NCBI GenBank assembly: GCA_965206285.1
Contig: OZ242205.1
Span: forward strand, 130,149-194,148
Origin: Vicinamibacterales bacterium
Lineage (GTDB): Bacteria > Acidobacteriota > Vicinamibacteria > Vicinamibacterales > UBA8438
Reading direction: 5' to 3'
Length of the DNA: 64,000 bases
Every line of letters starts with the position of its first letter. The stretch's first letter is position 1. Shown here one piece after another: positions 47,741-57,338 of the stretch. The notes beneath the pieces were generated by a model that was not told the DNA's origin, made no database searches, and worked only from the letters and a program-made list of their open reading frames with translations. Both the position numbers and the translations under genes were made by a program.

Positions 47741-49255
47741 ATGCGTTGTTCCATTTTCCGGCCTGTGACTTGTTCGATTGCCACCTGGTTGCTCGTTGCC
47801 ACTGTTGCAGGTGCCGGCGTCGTCCGCGCCGCCGCGGCAGAGGTGGTCGATGCCGGATTGCTCGACGCCATCCGGGCGGTCGACGCGGGCGGGGTGCGTG
47901 CGGCGCTCGACCGCGGCGCCGATGCGACCGCGGCGGAGCCCGACGGCACCACGCCGCTCCACTGGGCCGTCCATGCCGACGATGCGGGCATCGTCGAGCT
48001 GCTGCTGGCGGCGGGGGCGGACGCCTCCGCGACGAACCGGTACGGAGTGGCGCCCATCGCCCTCGCCTGCGTGAACGGCAACGCCGCCGTCGTCCGGCTG
48101 CTCCTGGACGCCGGGGTCGATCCGAACACGACGCTGGCCGAGGGAGAGACGGCGTTGATGACGGCGGCGCGAACCGGGGCGCAGGACGTGGTGGAGCTGC
48201 TGCTGGACTACGGCGCCGATGTGAACGCGGCCGAGGCGTGGCGCGGGCAGACGGCGCTGATGTGGGCGGCCGCCGAGGGGCATGCTCACCTCGTTCCGAC
48301 CATGCTGTCGCACGGCGCCGACGTCAGCGCCCGGTCAGCCCAGGGTTGGACCCCGCTGCTGTTCGCGGTGCGCGAAGGCGAGATCGGCGTTGTGCAGACG
48401 TTGCTCGAGGCCGGGGTCGGCGCCGGAGAGTCTCTGCCGGTGGCGCAGGGGCGTCGCCGCGGCGGCACCAGCGCCGAGCGCGAGGCGACCGGTCTCGACG
48501 CCTTCCTGCTCGCCGCCGCCAACGCCCACTACGAGCTCGGCGCCCTGCTCGTCGACCGGGGCGCCGACGTCAACGTGGCCTCGCGGGGCTGGACGGCGCT
48601 GCACCAGGTGTCGTGGGTGCGCAAGGCGGGCATCGCCGGCAGCAACAACCCGTCGCCGAAGGGCTCCGGCGCCATGACGAGCCTGGAGTTCGTGAAGAAG
48701 ATCGCCGCCGCCGGCGCCGACCTGAACGCCCGGGTCACGATTCGGCCCCCGGCCGGCATCACCCGACTGAACTTCATCGGCGGTACGCCGTTTCTCCTCG
48801 CCGCCCGCACCGGTGACGCGCCCCTGATGCGCCTGCTCGCCGAGCTCGGCGCCGACCCGCTGCTGCCCAACGAGGACGGCACGACGCCGATCATGGTGGC
48901 GGCGGGTGTCGGCACGTCGTCGCCGGGTGAGGATCCCGGCACACCGCCCGAGGTGTTGGAGGCGGTGCAGGTGGCTCTGGAGCTGGGCGGCGACCTGAAC
49001 GAAGTCGACGCCAAGGGCGAGACCGTCATGCACGGGGCCGCCTACAAGCACGTGCCGGCGGTCGTGGCGTTCCTGGCGGAGGCGGGCGTCGATCCCGCGG
49101 TCTGGAACCAGCCGAACTCCCGCGAGTGGACGCCGCTCGACATCGTCGAGAACGTGCCCCTCGGCCGGGGCATCCAGGACAACCCGGCCACCGCGGCGGC
49201 CATTCGCGCGGTGATGGAACGCGCCGGGGTGGCGCTGGCGGTCTCCGCGCCGTAA
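47741..49255 (+). CDS. secreted ankyrin-repeat protein
   Basis: RBS GGGAGG and a signal peptide. The ankyrin pattern recurs many times (G.TPLHWA...G....V.LLL.AGAD.N). Confidence 0.85.
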   Translation: MRCSIFRPVTCSIATWLLVATVAGAGVVRAAAAEVVDAGLLDAIRAVDAGGVRAALDRGADATAAEPDGTTPLHWAVHADDAGIVELLLAAGADASATNRYGVAPIALACVNGNAAVVRLLLDAGVDPNTTLAEGETALMTAARTGAQDVVELLLDYGADVNAAEAWRGQTALMWAAAEGHAHLVPTMLSHGADVSARSAQGWTPLLFAVREGEIGVVQTLLEAGVGAGESLPVAQGRRRGGTSAEREATGLDAFLLAAANAHYELGALLVDRGADVNVASRGWTALHQVSWVRKAGIAGSNNPSPKGSGAMTSLEFVKKIAAAGADLNARVTIRPPAGITRLNFIGGTPFLLAARTGDAPLMRLLAELGADPLLPNEDGTTPIMVAAGVGTSSPGEDPGTPPEVLEAVQVALELGGDLNEVDAKGETVMHGAAYKHVPAVVAFLAEAGVDPAVWNQPNSREWTPLDIVENVPLGRGIQDNPATAAAIRAVMERAGVALAVSAP

Positions 49256-49431
49256 GGACGCTGACGGAAATCACCTTGCGGTGCGCCACGCACGCCAACC
49301 CGCAGACGACGGTTGCGCCCGGGTTATGGTTGGCAACTCCATGTCGATCACCGTCCTGGAGCGGTCTGTTGCGCCGATAGGCGCGCCGCCTGTCGTGCAG
49401 GTCGATCGCGCCGAGCGTCCGATCGCTGCCG

Positions 49432-49482
49432 CCCGCCGCTTCGACGCGTGCGGCTCTGCAGGGCCTCGGCTTGCCGTGGCGC
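49432..49482 (+). repeat. possible degenerate family 2 repeat
   Basis: CCGCTTCGACGCGTGCGGCTCTGCAGGGCCTCGGCTTGCCGTGGCG resembles CCGGTCGAATGCGGCGGGGCCTCTTGCCACGG. Ends 4 nt from the stop of the LLM gene. Confidence 0.3.
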
Positions 49483-49485
49483 ACG

Positions 49486-50487
49486 TCAGACGCCGATCGG
49501 GTCCGCGATCACCTGCTCCGCCGCGATCTCCAGCGAGCGCAGCCGTGCGTCGTGATCGTAGATGTGGCTGACGATCATGACTTCGTCCGCGCCGGTGCGT
49601 TTCACGAACTCCGCCACTCCGGTTCGGATTGCGCCGGGCGCTCCGACCACCGAGCACGACTGCACCTGCTCCAGAATCTGACGCTCGACCGGCGACAGCC
49701 GCGTCTCGAAGTGCTCCACCGGGGGCGGCAGCTGGCCCGGCATGCCGCGGCGCAGGCTGAGAATGGACTGCTGCGCGGACGTGCGCAGCAGGCGCGCCTC
49801 CTCGGCGGTGTCGGCCGCGAAGACGTTGAGGCCGGCCATGACGTACGGCTTCCGGCAGTGCGCCGACGGCGCGAATCGCGACCGGTAGGTCGCGATGGCC
49901 TCCATCAGCAGGGCGGGCGCGAAGTGCGAGGCGAAGGCGTAGGGCAGTCCCAGCGCCGCCGCGAGGTGCGCGCCGAACAGGCTCGATCCCAGGATCCAGA
50001 GGGGTACGTCGAGCCCCGCCCCGGGCACCGCGCGCACGCGCTGGCCGGGTTCCGGCGCGTCGAAGTACTGCTGCAGCTCGATGACGTCGCGCGGAAACGC
50101 GTCGACGTCGCCCTCGAGATTCCGGCGCAGGGCGCGGCTGGTGGTCTGGTCGGTGCCCGGCGCGCGCCCCAGGCCGAGGTCGATGCGCCCGGGAAAGAGC
50201 GTGGCCAGGGTGCCGAACTGCTCCGCGATCACCAGCGGCGCGTGGTTCGGCAGCATGATTCCGCCGGCGCCCACGCGGATCGTCGACGTGGCGGCGGCCA
50301 CGTGCCCGATGACCACCGCGGTCGCGGCGCTCGCGATACCCGGCATGTTGTGGTGCTCGGCCAGCCAGAAGCGCCGGTACCCCCAGCGCTCGGCGTGCCG
50401 CGCCAGGTCCGCCGTGTTGCGCAGCGCCAGCGCGGCGTCGCCGCCTTCGGGAATGGGGGAGAGGTCGAGCAGCGAGCACGCGGTCAT
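49486..50487 (-). CDS. LLM-class (luciferase-like) flavin-dependent oxidoreductase
   Basis: ATG 50487 (GTG 50493 is an alternative). FWLAEHHN and LGLGRAPG. Confidence 0.85.
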   Translation of the reverse strand: MTACSLLDLSPIPEGGDAALALRNTADLARHAERWGYRRFWLAEHHNMPGIASAATAVVIGHVAAATSTIRVGAGGIMLPNHAPLVIAEQFGTLATLFPGRIDLGLGRAPGTDQTTSRALRRNLEGDVDAFPRDVIELQQYFDAPEPGQRVRAVPGAGLDVPLWILGSSLFGAHLAAALGLPYAFASHFAPALLMEAIATYRSRFAPSAHCRKPYVMAGLNVFAADTAEEARLLRTSAQQSILSLRRGMPGQLPPPVEHFETRLSPVERQILEQVQSCSVVGAPGAIRTGVAEFVKRTGADEVMIVSHIYDHDARLRSLEIAAEQVIADPIGV

Positions 50488-50524
50488 GTCCACGCCCGAG
50501 GAGGAACGTTCGAGTCGATCGGGA

Positions 50525-50878
50525 TCACGTCCGATGGCCCGATTCGATCTCGCGCAGCATCCGATCGATGTCCCCGGTGGGAAAGTCGTGGCGCGCGGCG
50601 GCGCGGATCTCGGCTGGCAGTCTGCGCCGTGGAACGGTGCAGACTGCTAGCAGGGTTGGTTGGGCGGCGAACGGAGCCGCAGGCGGCGCTCTCCGGGCTG
50701 GCGTCCGGTTGATGCTGCCCGACGGTTCGGCCCGTGCGGCGCGGCGCTGCTTCTGGCGGACCCACTCCGAGAGGGTGCGCCCGTCACGGGTCGCCGAACG
50801 GCGATACCGGTGGACCTCTTCTTCCACTACGGCCTGCAGGCGGGTCTCATACCGGTAGTATAGCGGGCCCCTTTTCAT
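50525..50878 (-). CDS. small RHH/antitoxin-like protein with a repeat-encoded insert
   Basis: 117 aa. N-terminal ...[13 protein letters not shown] and C-terminal [17 protein letters not shown]. About 27 central codons are encoded by the family 1 repeat. No toxin partner is present. Confidence 0.4.
   Translation of the reverse strand: MKRGPLYYRYETRLQAVVEEEVHRYRRSATRDGRTLSEWVRQKQRRAARAEPSGSINRTPARRAPPAAPFAAQPTLLAVCTVPRRRLPAEIRAAARHDFPTGDIDRMLREIESGHRT
50617..50697 (+). repeat. dispersed hairpin repeat, family 1
   Basis: 13-bp stem CAGTCTGCGCCGT-gga-ACGGTGCAGACTG (50618-50646), then CTAGCAGGGTTGGTTGGGCGGCGAACGGAGCCGCAGG. Confidence 0.8.
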
Positions 50879-51040
50879 GAGTCGTTCAATCTGCGTTTCT
50901 TCGGTGCAGCGCTGTGCGGAATCCACCGGGGAGCGGGAGCACGGTCTACGGCCTGCGCGCCATTGGCCCGGGGGCGAGTTGCGGGTCCGAACAAGCCGCA
51001 TTCTGGACACGGACTGCCTGTACTGAGAGAATCGCCGATC

Positions 51041-51925
51041 ATGTGCAACGTATCGGCTGCGCCCGGGTGCCGGTGGGGCCGGATCGGCGTGGCGGCGGTG
51101 GCGATCGCCGGCCTGCTCGGCTTCGGCGCGGCCGCGGATGCGCAGGTCACCCGGGCCGGCGGCCTGATTCGGCACGATCGCGGACAGAGCGTATCGCCGG
51201 TCTACGAGGGGTGGTACCGGCAGCCCGATGGGACCATCGCCGCGTCGTTCGGCTACTTCAATCGCAACCATGCGGAAGAGGTGTCCATTCCGGTGGGGTC
51301 GAACAACCGGGTGGCGCCCGGTCCCGAAGACCAGGGCCAGCCGACGTACTTCTTCCCGCGGCGCCGGATCGGCGTGTTCACGATCACCCTGCCCGCGGAT
51401 ACGACCACCGAGGTCACCTGGACCCTGATCTCGCGGGGAGCGACCCTGGAGATCCCGGTCAGCCTCGACGCCGAGTACCTGATCGAACCGTTCAGGGCGG
51501 CGGCCGGACCCAGTCCCGGGAACGCTCCGCCGGTGGTGCGGTTCGACCCGGCGGACGAGGGGTTCTCGGGACCCGCGGGAGGTGCCGCCGAGCGCACGGT
51601 CGCCGCCGGGGCTCCGCTGGCCCTCGACGTCTGGGTCAGCGACGACGGGTTGGGCTCGGGCCGGGACGAGCCGGAGCTGGCGGTGGCGTGGAGCAAGTTC
51701 CGGGGACCGGGCGCGGTCAGCTTCGAGGACGGCAGCCCGGACGTCGAGGCGGAGGACGGATCGGCGGGGCAGATCGGACGGGCGAGCACGGCCGCGACGC
51801 TGTCCGAGCCGGGCGACTACGTGCTCCACGTGGTCGCCTCCGACGGATCGCGGCAGAGCAACCAGTGCTGCTGGACGAACGGCTACGTGCACGTCCGGGT
51901 CGATGCCGCGGACGCTCGCGACTGA
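51041..51925 (+). CDS. secreted hypothetical protein with Ig/PKD-like C-terminal segment
   Basis: ATG 51041. Signal peptide ending AADA. LALDVWVSDDG...VAWSKFRGPGAVSF...GDYVLHVVASDG. No family recognised. Confidence 0.65.
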   Translation: MCNVSAAPGCRWGRIGVAAVAIAGLLGFGAAADAQVTRAGGLIRHDRGQSVSPVYEGWYRQPDGTIAASFGYFNRNHAEEVSIPVGSNNRVAPGPEDQGQPTYFFPRRRIGVFTITLPADTTTEVTWTLISRGATLEIPVSLDAEYLIEPFRAAAGPSPGNAPPVVRFDPADEGFSGPAGGAAERTVAAGAPLALDVWVSDDGLGSGRDEPELAVAWSKFRGPGAVSFEDGSPDVEAEDGSAGQIGRASTAATLSEPGDYVLHVVASDGSRQSNQCCWTNGYVHVRVDAADARD

Positions 51926-51978
51926 GTCGAGACTCGGCAGAGCTGCGCGGTTGACCGGACACCGTGGAGGAGAAGGCG

Positions 51979-53388
51979 ATGAGGCATGGACAGCTTGCGG
52001 AGACGTGGCGGCACGCGGCGCGCGGTCTGCTGCTCGGGGCGGCGGCACTGATCCCGGCCGGCGGCGCGGCGCAGACGGCCGGCGCGGACGTGACGTTCGC
52101 GAGAGACGTTGCGCCGATCCTGCAGCAGAAGTGCCAGACCTGCCACCGGGTCGGCAGCATGGCGCCGATGTCCCTGGTGACCTGGCAGGAGACGCGGCCG
52201 TGGGCGCGCTCCATCAAGGCCCGCGTGCAGTCGCGCGAGATGCCGCCCTGGCATCTCGACAAGACCGTCGGCATCCAGCACTTCATCAACGACCGGTCGC
52301 TGAACGACGCGCAGATCGACACCATCGTGCGCTGGGTCGACGCCGGGGCGCCGCTCGGCGACCCCGCCGACATGCCGCCGCCGGTGGTGTGGCCGGCCGC
52401 CGACCGCTACGAGCTCGAGGACCGGCTGGGACCGCCGGACATCGTGGTCGAGTCGCAGCCGTGGACGATGCCGGCCGACGGACAGGACGCGTGGTACCGG
52501 CCGCGGGCCGAGCTGAACCTGATGGGGCCCGTGTGGGTGCGGGCGTCCGAGACCAAGCCGTCGCTCGAAGGCCGCCGCATCGTGCACCATGCGTCCACCT
52601 ACCTGCTGCAGCCCAAGGGAGCGGAGCTCATCGAGGCCGAGCGGGCGCTGCGGGACGGACAGGTCGGGGTGGATGCGGTAATCGCCGCCGCCCGGAAGCG
52701 GGCCACCGACCCCGAAGAGGTCCGCGAGCTGTTCACGGAGTGGGCGCAGGGCAAGCAGGGCGAGATCTATCCGGAGAACGTCGGCAAGCTGGTGCGTGAG
52801 GGGGCGAATGTGGAGTTCGACATCCACTACCACGCGGTCGGCGAGGAAGTGACCGACGTGCTCTCGGTCGGTTGGTGGCTCTACCCCCAGGACGCCCCGC
52901 CGAAGTACAGCGCGGAGTTCGTGGCCATGGGGGCGAGCGCGGCGCAGACCCTGGAGATTCCGCCGAACTCGGTGGTCCAGCATCAGGGGACCTACGTGCT
53001 GCCGGCGCCGACCCTCCTCCACAACTTCCAGCCCCACATGCACTACCGGGGCAAGGCCTTCCTGCTGGAGGCGCTCTATCCCGATGGCCGCCGCGAGGTG
53101 ATCAACTACTCCGATCGGTTCGACAACACCTGGCACCTGAACTACATCTACGACCCCGACCATGCGCCTGTGCTGCCGAAGGGCACGGTCATGCAGATCA
53201 CCACGTGGCACGACAATACGCGAGCGAACCGGAACAATCCGGACCCGCGCCAGTGGGTGAGCTACGGACCGCGCACCGTCGACGAGATGGCCCACGCGAA
53301 CCAGCAGGTCATCTTCATCACCGACGAGGACTACGAGCGGATCACCGAAGAGCGGAAGGCCCGGGCCGAGCTGACCGACGACAACTAG
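51979..53388 (+). CDS. heme-c domain fused to a PHM/DBH-like copper monooxygenase-like domain
   Basis: ATG 51979 after GGAGGAG, signal-like N-terminus. VAPILQQKCQTCH gives the CxxCH site. IVHHAS, DIHYHA, QPHMHYRGK and VDEMAH occur in that order. Confidence 0.7.
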   Translation: MRHGQLAETWRHAARGLLLGAAALIPAGGAAQTAGADVTFARDVAPILQQKCQTCHRVGSMAPMSLVTWQETRPWARSIKARVQSREMPPWHLDKTVGIQHFINDRSLNDAQIDTIVRWVDAGAPLGDPADMPPPVVWPAADRYELEDRLGPPDIVVESQPWTMPADGQDAWYRPRAELNLMGPVWVRASETKPSLEGRRIVHHASTYLLQPKGAELIEAERALRDGQVGVDAVIAAARKRATDPEEVRELFTEWAQGKQGEIYPENVGKLVREGANVEFDIHYHAVGEEVTDVLSVGWWLYPQDAPPKYSAEFVAMGASAAQTLEIPPNSVVQHQGTYVLPAPTLLHNFQPHMHYRGKAFLLEALYPDGRREVINYSDRFDNTWHLNYIYDPDHAPVLPKGTVMQITTWHDNTRANRNNPDPRQWVSYGPRTVDEMAHANQQVIFITDEDYERITEERKARAELTDDN

Positions 53389-53538
53389 CCCGGAAGTCGT
53401 CGCCCGCGGCTCCGATTGCCGTCCAACCAACCCTGCCGGGAGTCTGCACCGTTCGACGGCGCAGACTCCTGGCCCGGAAGTCGTCGCCGGCGGTTCCGAT
53501 TGCCGCCCCAACCGACTCTGCCGGGAGTCGGCGCCTCC
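53389..53538 (-). repeat. dispersed hairpin repeat, family 1, two tandem inverted units
   Basis: Units at 53389-53472 and 53473-53538, 84-bp period. The reverse complement of unit 1 is CCAGGAGTCTGCGCCGTCGAACGGTGCAGACTCCCGGCAGGGTTGGTTGGACGGCAATCGGAGCCGCGGGCGACGACTTCCGGG. Starts right after TAG 53386-53388. Confidence 0.85.
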
Positions 53539-53668
53539 CGGCGGGAGGCGGTATCGTTTCTGCGGCCCAGGCTCCTGGATCCCTTGTGCCCGGCGCCGGG
53601 TTGCCCGCGCGCGGTGCCTCCCTCGCGGGAGGCGGTCCGCCCCCTCAGGGGGGCACGGAGGTCGCACC

Positions 53669-56077
53669 ATGCAGCCCTGCACCCGTGGCGGTTCGTCGGC
53701 GGTGCTGTCGCTCGTCGTCTGCGCACTCGCGGTCACCGGCATCGAGGCGGGCCGCGGCGCCGTCGCGTCCGCGCAGGTCGGCCAGCGCGCCACCGCCCTG
53801 AGCGGGGTGCCCGCCGTGGCCCTGCCCGAGGGGCCGGTGGTGCTGTACAGCGCCGAGCAGCCACGCATCCGGGTCGTGCCGGTCGCGACCGGGCTCTCGC
53901 ATCCGTGGGGGCTGGCGTTCCGCGCCAACGGCGACATCCTCGTCACCGAGCGCGACGCGGGCGCCCTGCGGCTGATCCGGGACGGCGTGCTCGATCCGCG
54001 GCCGATTCCCGGCGTGCCCGAGGTCTATCTGGGTACCCGGCTCGCCGGCCTGATGGACATCGCCCTCCACCCCGACGACGACCGGCTCGTCTATCTCACC
54101 TACTCGAAGCCGATGGAGCAGGACGGCCGCCGGGGCGCGACCATCGCCCTCGCCCGGGGCCGGCTCGACAGCGGGGCGTTGACGGAGGTGCGCGACATCT
54201 TCGTCTCCGAGGGGTTCGGCCGCGGCGTCGCCGCCTCGCGGGTGACGTTCGGCCCCGACGGCAAGGTGTACGTGACGGTCGGCGGCGCCATCCGATCCCA
54301 GACGACCGGACAGCGCGCCCAGGACCCGGGCACCCACGTCGGCAAGGTCATCCGCGTCAACGACGACGGCAGCGTGCCCGCCGACAACCCGTTCGTCGGC
54401 CGGCCCGGCTACCTGCCCGAGATCTACTCGTTCGGCCATCGCAACCAGCTCGGTCTCGCGTTCCATCCCGAGACCGGCCTCCTCTGGGCGACCGAGAACG
54501 CGCCGCAGGGGGGCGACGAGGCCAACGTCATCCTGTCCGGACGCAACTACGGCTGGCCCGTCGCCTCCGACAGCCGGGAGTACACCGGGGTGCGGGTGTC
54601 CGACACCCCGTGGGTCGACGGGTTCGACCGGCCCGAGGTCCTGTGGTGGCCGTCGATCGCGCCGTCGGGGCTGACGTTCTACGACGGCGACCGGTTCCCG
54701 GCCTGGCGGGGCAACCTCTTCGTCGGCTCGATGACGGTCGGGCGGATGCAGCGGACGGGTCACCTCGAACGCATCGTGTTCAACCAGCGCGGGGAGGAGA
54801 TGCGCCGCGAGTGGCTGCTCGCCGAGCTGAAGCAGCGCATCCGCGACGTCCGGCAGGGGCCCGACGGGTTCCTCTACGTGCTGACCGAGGAGGACGACGC
54901 GGCCCTGCTCCGCATCGAGCCGGCCCGGGCGATCACCGGGCTGCCCGGCAGCGTGCTGCCGCACCGGCGCCTGCGCGCACCGCGCATCGCACCGCTGGCG
55001 GAGGCCGAGTGGACCGACGCGCGGCGCCAGGTCGTCGAGCGCCACGCCGGCGGCGCCGAGCCGGGGAACGCCCTGCGCACTCTCGTCCGGGTCCCCGCCC
55101 TCGCCGACCGCATCTTCGCGTTCCGGGACTACGTCTCGACCGGCTCGACCCTGTCGCCGCGCCACCGCGCGATGCTCATCCTGCGCACCGCGTGGCTCGC
55201 GCAGAATGCCCGTATCTGGGCTGACCAGGCTGCCGTCGCGCCCGACGCCGGGTTGACGGCGGAGGAGCTGACGGATCTCGCCGAGGGGCCGTCCCTGGAG
55301 CGCTGGGAGCTCTTCGAGGACGCGCTGGTCGGCTTCGCCGATCAGCTCTTCCGCAACTCGTCGGTCACCGACGTCACCTGGGCGGCGCTCGCCGAACGCT
55401 ACGACGAACACAACCTGATCGACGCGGTGGCGACGGTGGCCGACACCACCGCCCTCGCGATCCTGTTCAACGCCCTCGGCATCCAGCCCGAGGAAGGGTC
55501 AGCACAGCGTCTGCCCACCCGCGACGTCGCCTATCGGGTCGTGGTTCCGGTGCGCGAGCCGCCCCTCGCGAGCCCGCGCATCGACCCGGCGGACGGTCCC
55601 GGCCTGCGCGTCTCCCGCACGTTCCGCCGGCACCCGGCGATGGCCGACGCCTTCAGCGCCACCTCCGGCTACGTGCTGAACCCCGAGCTGTCGGGGCTGA
55701 CGCCGCACGACCGCGAGCTGCTCATCCTGCGCACGGGCTGGAACGCCCAGGCCGTCTACGAGTGGGCCAAGCACGTCGGCAGCGTCGGCCGCGCGCGCGA
55801 CCACGGCCTCGACCCGTACTGGATCGCCCAGGGGCACGACGCCGCGGGCTGGAACGCCACCGAGCGCCTGCTGATTGACGCCGCGAACGAGATGTACCGC
55901 GACACCACCGTCTCGGACGAGACGTGGGCCGCGCTCGCCGAGCGGTACGACACCCGCCAGATGATGAGCATCGTGGCCACTGCCGCGCGCTATCGCATGG
56001 TGTCGATGCTGCTCAACGCCTTCGGGGTCCAGCCGTTGCCTACCGACGAGCGCTTTCCGGTGGTCGAAGGGTACTGA
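53669..56077 (+). CDS. PQQ-dependent sugar dehydrogenase (sGDH-like) fused to two CMD/AhpD-like domains
   Basis: 802 aa, signal peptide. GLSHPWGLAF, YSFGHRNQLGLAF and NYGWP mark the propeller. LSPRHRAMLILRTAW... and LTPHDRELLILRTGWNAQAVYEWAKHV mark the helical domains. Confidence 0.75.
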   Translation: MQPCTRGGSSAVLSLVVCALAVTGIEAGRGAVASAQVGQRATALSGVPAVALPEGPVVLYSAEQPRIRVVPVATGLSHPWGLAFRANGDILVTERDAGALRLIRDGVLDPRPIPGVPEVYLGTRLAGLMDIALHPDDDRLVYLTYSKPMEQDGRRGATIALARGRLDSGALTEVRDIFVSEGFGRGVAASRVTFGPDGKVYVTVGGAIRSQTTGQRAQDPGTHVGKVIRVNDDGSVPADNPFVGRPGYLPEIYSFGHRNQLGLAFHPETGLLWATENAPQGGDEANVILSGRNYGWPVASDSREYTGVRVSDTPWVDGFDRPEVLWWPSIAPSGLTFYDGDRFPAWRGNLFVGSMTVGRMQRTGHLERIVFNQRGEEMRREWLLAELKQRIRDVRQGPDGFLYVLTEEDDAALLRIEPARAITGLPGSVLPHRRLRAPRIAPLAEAEWTDARRQVVERHAGGAEPGNALRTLVRVPALADRIFAFRDYVSTGSTLSPRHRAMLILRTAWLAQNARIWADQAAVAPDAGLTAEELTDLAEGPSLERWELFEDALVGFADQLFRNSSVTDVTWAALAERYDEHNLIDAVATVADTTALAILFNALGIQPEEGSAQRLPTRDVAYRVVVPVREPPLASPRIDPADGPGLRVSRTFRRHPAMADAFSATSGYVLNPELSGLTPHDRELLILRTGWNAQAVYEWAKHVGSVGRARDHGLDPYWIAQGHDAAGWNATERLLIDAANEMYRDTTVSDETWAALAERYDTRQMMSIVATAARYRMVSMLLNAFGVQPLPTDERFPVVEGY

Positions 56078-56379
56078 GGTCGGTTGCGCATGGGCATTCC
56101 CGGAAGAGCCTGTACCGAGGAGCGGGTCGTGGCGGAGGCGGAGCCGCCGGGACGGCGTCACCGTACGGAACGAAAAATCGTCATGTTCAAAGAAGCTGCT
56201 CGGCTTGTCGGTTCTGGCGACTGCGGCCGCCGCCGGTGCTATTGGCGCCGCCCGGACCGCGAACCCGGACGCGTCTCCTGCCGCGCCGGCACGGCTCTTG
56301 CTCCCGAACGGTGCTACGATGGCCGCGGTCCTGTGAGCGATTCGCGCTCCGCCGTTGCCGTCGTGGCAGGGGAGGGACC

Positions 56380-56604
56380 ATGTGGACCGAGCAGATGGAA
56401 CAGCGTGTAGAAAACGTCGAACGCCGGGTCGATCGGATCGAGCAGATTCTGCGGGGTCTCGCAACCAGAGACGAGCTTCAGGAGGCCATCACGGCATCGG
56501 AGCAGCGCCTCCGCACCCACTTCGACGTGGTCGCCGAGAGCCTGCGGCACGACATCCGGCTCGTCGCCGAGGCCGTCGCGGCGTTCTCGGAAGGGCAGCG
56601 GTAG
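56380..56604 (+). CDS. small coiled-coil hypothetical protein
   Basis: ATG 56380 after GGGGAGGGA. 74 aa, heptad-rich (MWTEQMEQRVENVERRVDRIEQILRGL...). Confidence 0.5.
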   Translation: MWTEQMEQRVENVERRVDRIEQILRGLATRDELQEAITASEQRLRTHFDVVAESLRHDIRLVAEAVAAFSEGQR

Positions 56605-56701
56605 CTCCCGGCCGTCGCGTCTCTTCCGCCCACAACGGCGTGCACGCTGCGCGAGCGGCACGACGAACGCGCGCCAACCGCACCATCCATCGTACGCGGG
56701 G

Positions 56702-57238
56702 TTGAGATTGCGCCTCGACCTGGAATCCTGCGGCGTGCGGTCGTTCCGCCAGACGGACGCCGCCGACCTCGCCCGGCACGCCAACAACCGCAAGGTGTGG
56801 CTGCAGTTGCGGGACCGGTTCCCGCATCCCTACTCGGTCGACGACGCGCGCGGGTTCATCGCGTTCGCGCGAGGCGCGACCCCCGAGTCGGAGTTCGCGA
56901 TTACCGTCGCCGATCTGCCGGTCGGCGCCATCGGCGCGATACTCCGCGACGACGTGGAGCGCTGCTCCGCGGAGGTCGGCTACTGGCTCGGCGAGCCGTA
57001 CTGGGGCCGCGGCATCGCCACGCGCGCGCTGGCCGGGTTCACCCGCTTCGCCTTCGACACCTGGGACCTGGAACGCCTGTACGCGATTCCCCTCGCCTCG
57101 AACACCGCCTCGTGCCGCGTCCTCGAGAAGGTCGGCTACCAACTCGAGGGCCGCATGCGCCGCAGCGCCGTCAAGGACGGCACCGTGCAGGACCAGTTGC
57201 TGTACGCCATCCTGCGCGGGGCTGGAGCCGGGAGCTGA
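56702..57238 (+). CDS. GNAT family N-acetyltransferase (RimJ/RimL-like)
   Basis: 178 aa. VGYWLGEPYWGRGIATRA and NTASCRVLEKVGY. The TTG 56702 start is uncertain. Confidence 0.8.
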   Translation: MRLRLDLESCGVRSFRQTDAADLARHANNRKVWLQLRDRFPHPYSVDDARGFIAFARGATPESEFAITVADLPVGAIGAILRDDVERCSAEVGYWLGEPYWGRGIATRALAGFTRFAFDTWDLERLYAIPLASNTASCRVLEKVGYQLEGRMRRSAVKDGTVQDQLLYAILRGAGAGS

Positions 57239-57338
57239 GATCCACGGCTGGCGCGCTCGGAACCCGCTGCCTGGGTCGTACGGCGGCGCGGCCCGGTTTC
57301 GACGTCGTCTGGCGGCTCATCTCGCATCCGCTGCCCTT

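Noticed and set aside
56380-57238. Small coiled-coil ORF plus GNAT as a GNAT-toxin/antitoxin (TacAT-like) pair
   Set aside because: The GNAT has RimJ/RimL-type motifs. The upstream ORF is separated by about 100 nt, shows no RHH/DUF1778-like features, and has no overlap or coupling with the GNAT gene.
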